A DNA stretch of 14,369 nt, from contig NIVC01005262.1 in the NCBI GenBank assembly GCA_002269645.1, positions 1-14,369 on the forward strand, read 5' to 3'. This DNA comes from Macrostomum lignano. Its lineage: Eukaryota. Positions 9,564 through 14,369 of the stretch are shown here, piece after piece; the stretch's first letter is position 1; every line of letters starts with the position of its first letter. The notes beneath the pieces were generated by a model. That model ran no database searches. It worked only from the letters and a program-made list of their open reading frames with translations, and was not told where the DNA came from. Both the position numbers and the translations under genes were made by a program.

Positions 9564-10514
9564 ATTGCGCAAAGATTTGTGTTCTAATTTTCAATAGGCA
9601 GCCCTGTGATTTTGTTGAACGTTGAAATTCAATGCATAAACTTGCGGGCCTCTTTAGCAGGCAGTGAACGTACAATCGATATTTCAATGCTTTAAATCAG
9701 AAAGTTTCAAACGCTAACTGTTGCTCGAGTTTTTAACTTTGAGAGAAAAAATTAATATTGCTGGAAAGAACTTGCAAAGCTGATTTCAGGGATATAAATT
9801 GTTTGCTTTAAATATGAAAAGAAAAAGCACAGCATTGAAAAAACTATTTCCATACTTTTAACTTTCTGCAAAAATTGTACTCAGTTTTGCGAGACGTAAT
9901 AGATAAAGTTTGGGGGAGGGTTCAACTTCTCACTGCTGCTGTGTATTGGAGGGTTGATTTAGATTGCGCAATGTTTTTGTTAACTTTAACTGAGACTGAT
10001 ACTGACTGACTGTGAAATCGGTTGCGCCATCAATTTGTTTTATTATCTGTGCCTTTCAATAGGCTGCCCTGTGTAATAGCCAGCCTGTGTAATGAATGAA
10101 TAAATTTGCGAGCCTCTTTGGCAGGCAGTGAACGTACACGCGATATTTCAATGCCTTAAAACGGGAACTTTCAAACGCTAACTGCTCTTCGAGTTCTAAA
10201 CTTTAAGAGAAGATACTTATCCTGCTGAAAAGATCTTGCAACGCTGAGTTCGAGGATATAAATTGTTTGCTATAAATATAAAGACTAAAAGAGCAGCATC
10301 AAAAAAACTATTTCCATACTTTTAGCTTTATGCAAAGATTGTACTCATTTTTTGGTTCAATGCCCCCAACAGTTCGGCGTTCAATTTCTAACTGCTACTG
10401 CGTATTGAAAAGAGGTCGGTCTCTGTGTACTGGAGGGTTGATTTAGATTGCGCAATCTTTTTGTTAACTTTAACTGAGACTGATACTGACTGACTGAGAA
10501 ATCGGTTGCGCAAT
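9564..10514 (+). repeat. Two diverged tandem ~465-485 bp AT-rich modules in E4
   Basis: CTCGAG at 9724 and TTCGAG at 10188; ATTGCGCAAT at 9963 and 10447. Confidence 0.9.
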
Positions 10515-10568
10515 CAATTGATTCAATTGGTTCAATTTTTTATTTGAACACGCAGCTGTGTGTAGCTT

Positions 10569-10604
10569 TAACCCTAACCCTAACCCTAACAATAACCCTA
10601 ACCA
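10569..10604 (+). repeat. Telomere-like tract in E4, (TAACCC)3 TAACAA TAACCC TAACCA
   Basis: Read directly. Confidence 0.92.
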
Positions 10605-10629
10605 ATGAATCCTGATATTTATTTTTTTT

Positions 10630-10819
10630 GACGGAGAAAATTTCGATTGAGTCCAGTTTAAAAGAGAGAATTTCGATGGTTTTCAGTTTCACGGAAAGGA
10701 TTTCGATGCAGTTTCACGGAAAGGATTTCGAAGGAGTCCAGTTTCACGGAGAGGATTTCGATGGTTTTCAGTTGCACGGACAGGATTTCTGCTTCGCGGA
10801 GAGGATCTTGATGGATTTG
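10630..10819 (+). repeat. 30/20-bp minisatellite (E4, short)
   Basis: Same units. Boundaries approximate. Confidence 0.88.
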
Positions 10820-10835
10820 GCATCTTCAATCAGTC

Positions 10836-11844
10836 AGAGAAAAGAGTAAAGAGAAGAATGAAAGCAGAAGAGAGATGAGATGATAGAAAACAGAGTAGAA
10901 ATAAGTGGAGATATTAGACATGACAGATTGGAGAGAAGAGGGGATTTAGGCGGGAACGAAGAGGGAGAGAGAAGAAAAGAGGAGAGAGGAGAGAAAATAG
11001 ATTAGGGATAAGAGCGTACAGAGAAAATAGAAGAGAGGGGAGAGTAGAGGAGAAAGAAAGAGTGAGATGAGGGGATGAGGGATGAGAGAGGAGGGGAGAC
11101 AGGAGAGACAAGAAAGAGAAAAGAGGGGAGAAAGGAGAAAGGAGAGAGTAGAGACGAAGGACCAGTTAGAAGATATAAATACGGTAGTAGAGATGAGAGG
11201 AGAGATAGGAGAGAGAAGCGAGAGAAGAAGCGAGAGGAGAAGAGAAAGAGGAGAGAGGAGAGAGATGAAATAGATAAGAGAGTTAAGAGAGGAAAGTAGT
11301 GAGGAGAGGAGAGATGAGAGATGCGATGATAAGAGATGAGTGAGAACATAAGAGAGAAGAGAGAAGAGATTAGAGAAGAGAGGGGAGAAGATAAAAGGAG
11401 CAAGGGGAGGAGAAAAGAGAGAATGGAGAGGATAGAAAAGAGAGAAGAGAAGAGACAGGGAAAAGTGGAAAGGAGGAAAGAAAGATTGGAGACAAGTAAG
11501 TGGAGTGTGAGAGCGTATATGAGATATGAGAAATGAGAGCAGAGAGGAAAGAAAAGAGAAGAGAGAGAGGGTTAAGAGAGACGATAGATAAGTGAATAGG
11601 GATGACATATAAAAGAGGAGAGAAGAGGGAGAGATAAGAGAGAAGAGAGAAGACAGGAGACAGAAGTGAAGAGGAGAGATATGAGAGAAGAGAGGAGACA
11701 AGAGACAGGAGAGGGTACAGACGAAAGACGAGGGAGAAAACATAAATAAGGGAGTACGGGTAGAGATGAGATGAGAGAGAGGAGAGAGAAGAGAGTCACG
11801 ATAATAGCACAGAGTGGAGAGAGTAGATATGAGAGACGTGAGAG
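10836..11844 (+). repeat. Purine-rich (GA) tract of E4
   Basis: Landmarks at 11153 and 11720. Confidence 0.95.
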
Positions 11845-11978
11845 TCTTTGAGCTATGGTCTTTGAAAGGTTTTCTAAAGAATTTGGAGACGATTTGGAAG
11901 ATAGGGTTCAAGACATGGAATTTCAGTTGATGGATATTTCAGGGAATGGAATTCCGGTGATGGGAGTTCTTCCCCTTT

Positions 11979-12003
11979 CTCCTCCGAAGGAGGAGTTCCA
12001 CTC
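11979..12003 (+). terminator. Putative Helitron 3' termination hairpin + CTC end (E4, loop GAA)
   Basis: CTCCTCC-GAA-GGAGGAG-TTCCACTC. Confidence 0.65.
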
Positions 12004-12037
12004 TCTATCTATATATACTAAAGTTGACGCGTTGTTT

Positions 12038-12064
12038 GTCTGTCTGTCTGTGTGTCTGTCTGTC
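12038..12064 (+). repeat. 5' subterminal microsatellite of E5, (GTCT)n with GT interruption
   Basis: Read directly. Confidence 0.92.
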
Positions 12065-12946
12065 ATTTCGACAACTCCTCCTTGAATAGTGGCAACTCAG
12101 CGTTGAAACTTATATGGGAAGATTGGAAATTATCCGAGGTCGGCTATAGGCTATTTTAATTCTGAAATTTTAATTTCTAAGATCCTCAAAAAAGCAGAAA
12201 ACGGCGGTCTTGACCTTTGATAATCTTAATTGTCCCCTCTTTCTGCTTGGAGCTGAAAATTTGCATGAATTTCAAGTGATTGCGCCACAACTTTTCCCTA
12301 TCTCTGCAGTGTATTTTCTCTCCAGTGGGGGGATGGGGCGTTCTAAATGGCTGCCTGTGTACAATCGGACCCTGGCTCACTGGCTGACTGTATAGACAAT
12401 TGCGCAAAGATTTGTGTTCTAATTTTCAATAGGCGGCCCTGTGATTTTGTTGAACGTTGAAATTCAATGCATAAACTTGCGGGCCTCTTTAGCAGGCAGT
12501 GAACGTACAATCGATATTTCAATGCTTTAAATCAGAAAGTTTCAAACGCAAACTGTTGCTCGAGTTTTTAACTTTGAGAGAAAAAATTTATATTGCTGGA
12601 AAGAACTTGCAAAGCTGATTTCAGGGATATAAATTGTTTGCTTTAAATATGAAAACTAAAAGCTCTGCATTGCAAAAACTATTTCCATACTTTAAACTTT
12701 CTGCAAAGATTGTACTCATTTTGGGAGAGGTGAGAGATAAAGTTGGGGTTTCGAACTTCCAACTGGCGCTGTGTATAGGAAGGGGGTCAGTTGCTTGTAT
12801 TGGAGGGTTGATTTAGATTGCGCAATGTTTTTGTTAACTTTAACTGAGGCTGATACTGACTGACTGTGAAATCGGTTGCGCAATGAATTGATTCAATTAG
12901 TTCAATAGTTTATCAGTGCCTTTTAACACGAAGCTGTGCGTAGTTC

Positions 12947-12970
12947 TAACCCTAACCCTAACCCTAACCA
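12947..12970 (+). repeat. Telomere-like (TAACCC)3 TAACCA tract in E5
   Basis: Read directly. Confidence 0.92.
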
Positions 12971-13006
12971 ATGAATCTGGAGAGTTGAGTTGTTTGACGG
13001 AAAAAA

Positions 13007-13490
13007 TTGATTGAGTCCAGTTTAGCGGAGACGATTTCAATGTTTTAATTTTGACAAAGAGGATTTCTGTTTCGTGGAGAGGATTTCGATGGTGCTCAGT
13101 TTTCACGGAGAGGATTTTGATGATGTTCAGCTTCACGGAGAGGATTTCTGTTTCGCGGAGTTAAATTTATGATTGATTTCTGCTTTATGGAGACGATTTT
13201 GATAGATTTAAGTTTTCAAGAGAGGATTTCGAAGGTGTTCAGTTTCACGGAGAGGATTTCGAAAGGTGTTCAGTTTCACGGAGAGGATTTCGATGATGTT
13301 CAGCTTCACGGAGAGGATTTCTGTTTCGCGGAGATAATTTATGATTGATTTCTGTTTATGGAGACGATTTTGATGGATTTAAGTTCAAGGAGAGGATTTC
13401 GAAGGAGTCCAGTTTCACGGAGAGGATTTCGATGGTTTTCAGTTGCACGGACAGGATTTTCTGCTTCGCGAGAGGATCTTGATGGATTTG
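13007..13490 (+). repeat. 30/20-bp minisatellite (E5, longest)
   Basis: Same units, more copies. Boundaries approximate. Confidence 0.88.
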
Positions 13491-13506
13491 GCATCTTCAA
13501 TCAGTC

Positions 13507-14208
13507 AGAGAAGAGAGTAAAGGAGACTGAAAAGAGAAGAGAGAAGAGATGATAGAAAACAGAGTATAATGAGTGGAGAGATTAGACATGACAGATTGGA
13601 GATGATAGGAGAGAGAATAGATGAGGGATAAGAGGTACAAGGGCAATAGAAGAGAGGGGAGAGTAGAGGAGAAAGAAAGAGTGAGATGAGGAGATGAGGA
13701 TGAGAGAGGAGGGGAGAGAGGAGACAGGAGAGAGTACAGACGAAAGACTAGGGAGAAGATATAAATAGGTAGTAAAGATGAGAGGAGAGAGAGGAGAGAG
13801 AAGCGAAAGGAGAAGAGAGTGAGGAGAGAGGAGAAGGATGAAAGGAGCAGGAAGAAAGGAGAGAATGGAGAAGAATAGAAAAGGAGAAGAGAAGAGACAG
13901 GGGATAGTGAAAAGGAGGAAGAAAGATGGGAGACAAGAAAGAAAGTAGAGTGTGAGAGCGTATATGAGATATCAGAAATGAGAAGCAGATAGGAGAGAAA
14001 AGAGAAGAGAGAGAGGGTTAAGAGAGGACGATAGATAAGTAAGGAGAAATGACATATGAGAGAGGAGAGAAAGAGGGAGAGATAAGAGTGAAGAGAGGAG
14101 ACAGAAGACAGGAGAAGGTACAGACGAAAGACGAGGGAGAAAAGATATAAGGAGCAGGGGTAGAGATGAGATGAGAGAGAGGAGAGAGGAGATATGAGGA
14201 CTTGAGAG
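13507..14208 (+). repeat. Purine-rich (GA) tract of E5 (closest to E3)
   Basis: Landmarks at 13739 and 14123. Confidence 0.95.
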
Positions 14209-14342
14209 TCTTTGAGCTATGGTCTTTGAAAGATTTTGTAAAGAATTTGGAGACGATTTGGAAGATAGGGTTAAAGACATGGAATTTCAGTTGATGGATA
14301 TTTCAGGGAATAGAATTCCGGTGATGGAAGTTCTTCCCCTTT

Positions 14343-14368
14343 CTCCTCCGAAGGAGGAGTTCCACTCG
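14343..14368 (+). terminator. Putative Helitron 3' termination hairpin + CTCG end (E5, loop GAA)
   Basis: CTCCTCC-GAA-GGAGGAG-TTCCACTCG, followed by T. Confidence 0.7.
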
Positions 14369-14369
14369 T

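Larger units (their letters stand above)
9191..12003 (+). mobile_element. Copy E4: non-autonomous Helitron-like element, 2813 bp, two internal modules, 3' end CTC (terminal G absent)
   Basis: Starts TATATACTAAAG; ends with hairpin 11979-11995 + TTCCACTC, then TCTA, then the next 5' end. Confidence 0.7.
12008..14368 (+). mobile_element. Copy E5: non-autonomous Helitron-like element, 2361 bp, intact 5' TC
   Basis: A|TCTATATATACTAAAG at 12007/12008; hairpin 14343-14359 + TTCCACTCG|T at the window end. Confidence 0.74.
1..14369 (+). repeat. Head-to-tail tandem array of ~2.2-3.0 kb Helitron-like units (macrosatellite-like)
   Basis: Landmarks recur in the same order and orientation: GCATCTTCAA at 81, 3576, 5961, 8305, 10820, 13491; TAAAGTTGACGCG at 1831, 4810, 7027, 9198, 12019; terminal hairpin at 1792, 4777, 6994, 9165, 11979, 14343. 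Confidence 0.97.

Noticed and set aside
6587-11536. Plus-strand Arg/Glu/Lys-rich ORFs (6587-6799, 11075-11299, 11082-11273, 11336-11536)
   Set aside because: Direct translations of GA low-complexity DNA.

Overview
Eukaryotic repetitive DNA with no credible protein-coding gene. The whole window is a head-to-tail array of six copies (five complete, about 2.2-3.0 kb, plus one cut by the left edge) of a non-autonomous rolling-circle (Helitron-like) element on the + strand. Each copy runs: 5' TC(TA)4CTAAAGTTGACGCG end, (GTCT)n microsatellite, AT-rich body with one or two ~440-480 bp modules carrying TTGCGCAA palindromes, short (TAACCC)n telomere-like tract, 30/20-bp minisatellite, 0.7-1.6 kb GA-rich tract, then a 3' hairpin CTCCTCC-NNN-GGAGGAG followed by TTCCACTCG|T. 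The junctions are not clean 3'-to-TC fusions, and they fit copies inserting into the TA tract at the 5' end of earlier copies. The copies are mosaics of distinct 5' and 3' subtypes. The long Leu/Ser-rich minus-strand ORFs are artefacts of the purine-rich tracts. The Helitron call rests on terminal structure read by eye, with no database search, and the host organism cannot be determined from the sequence.
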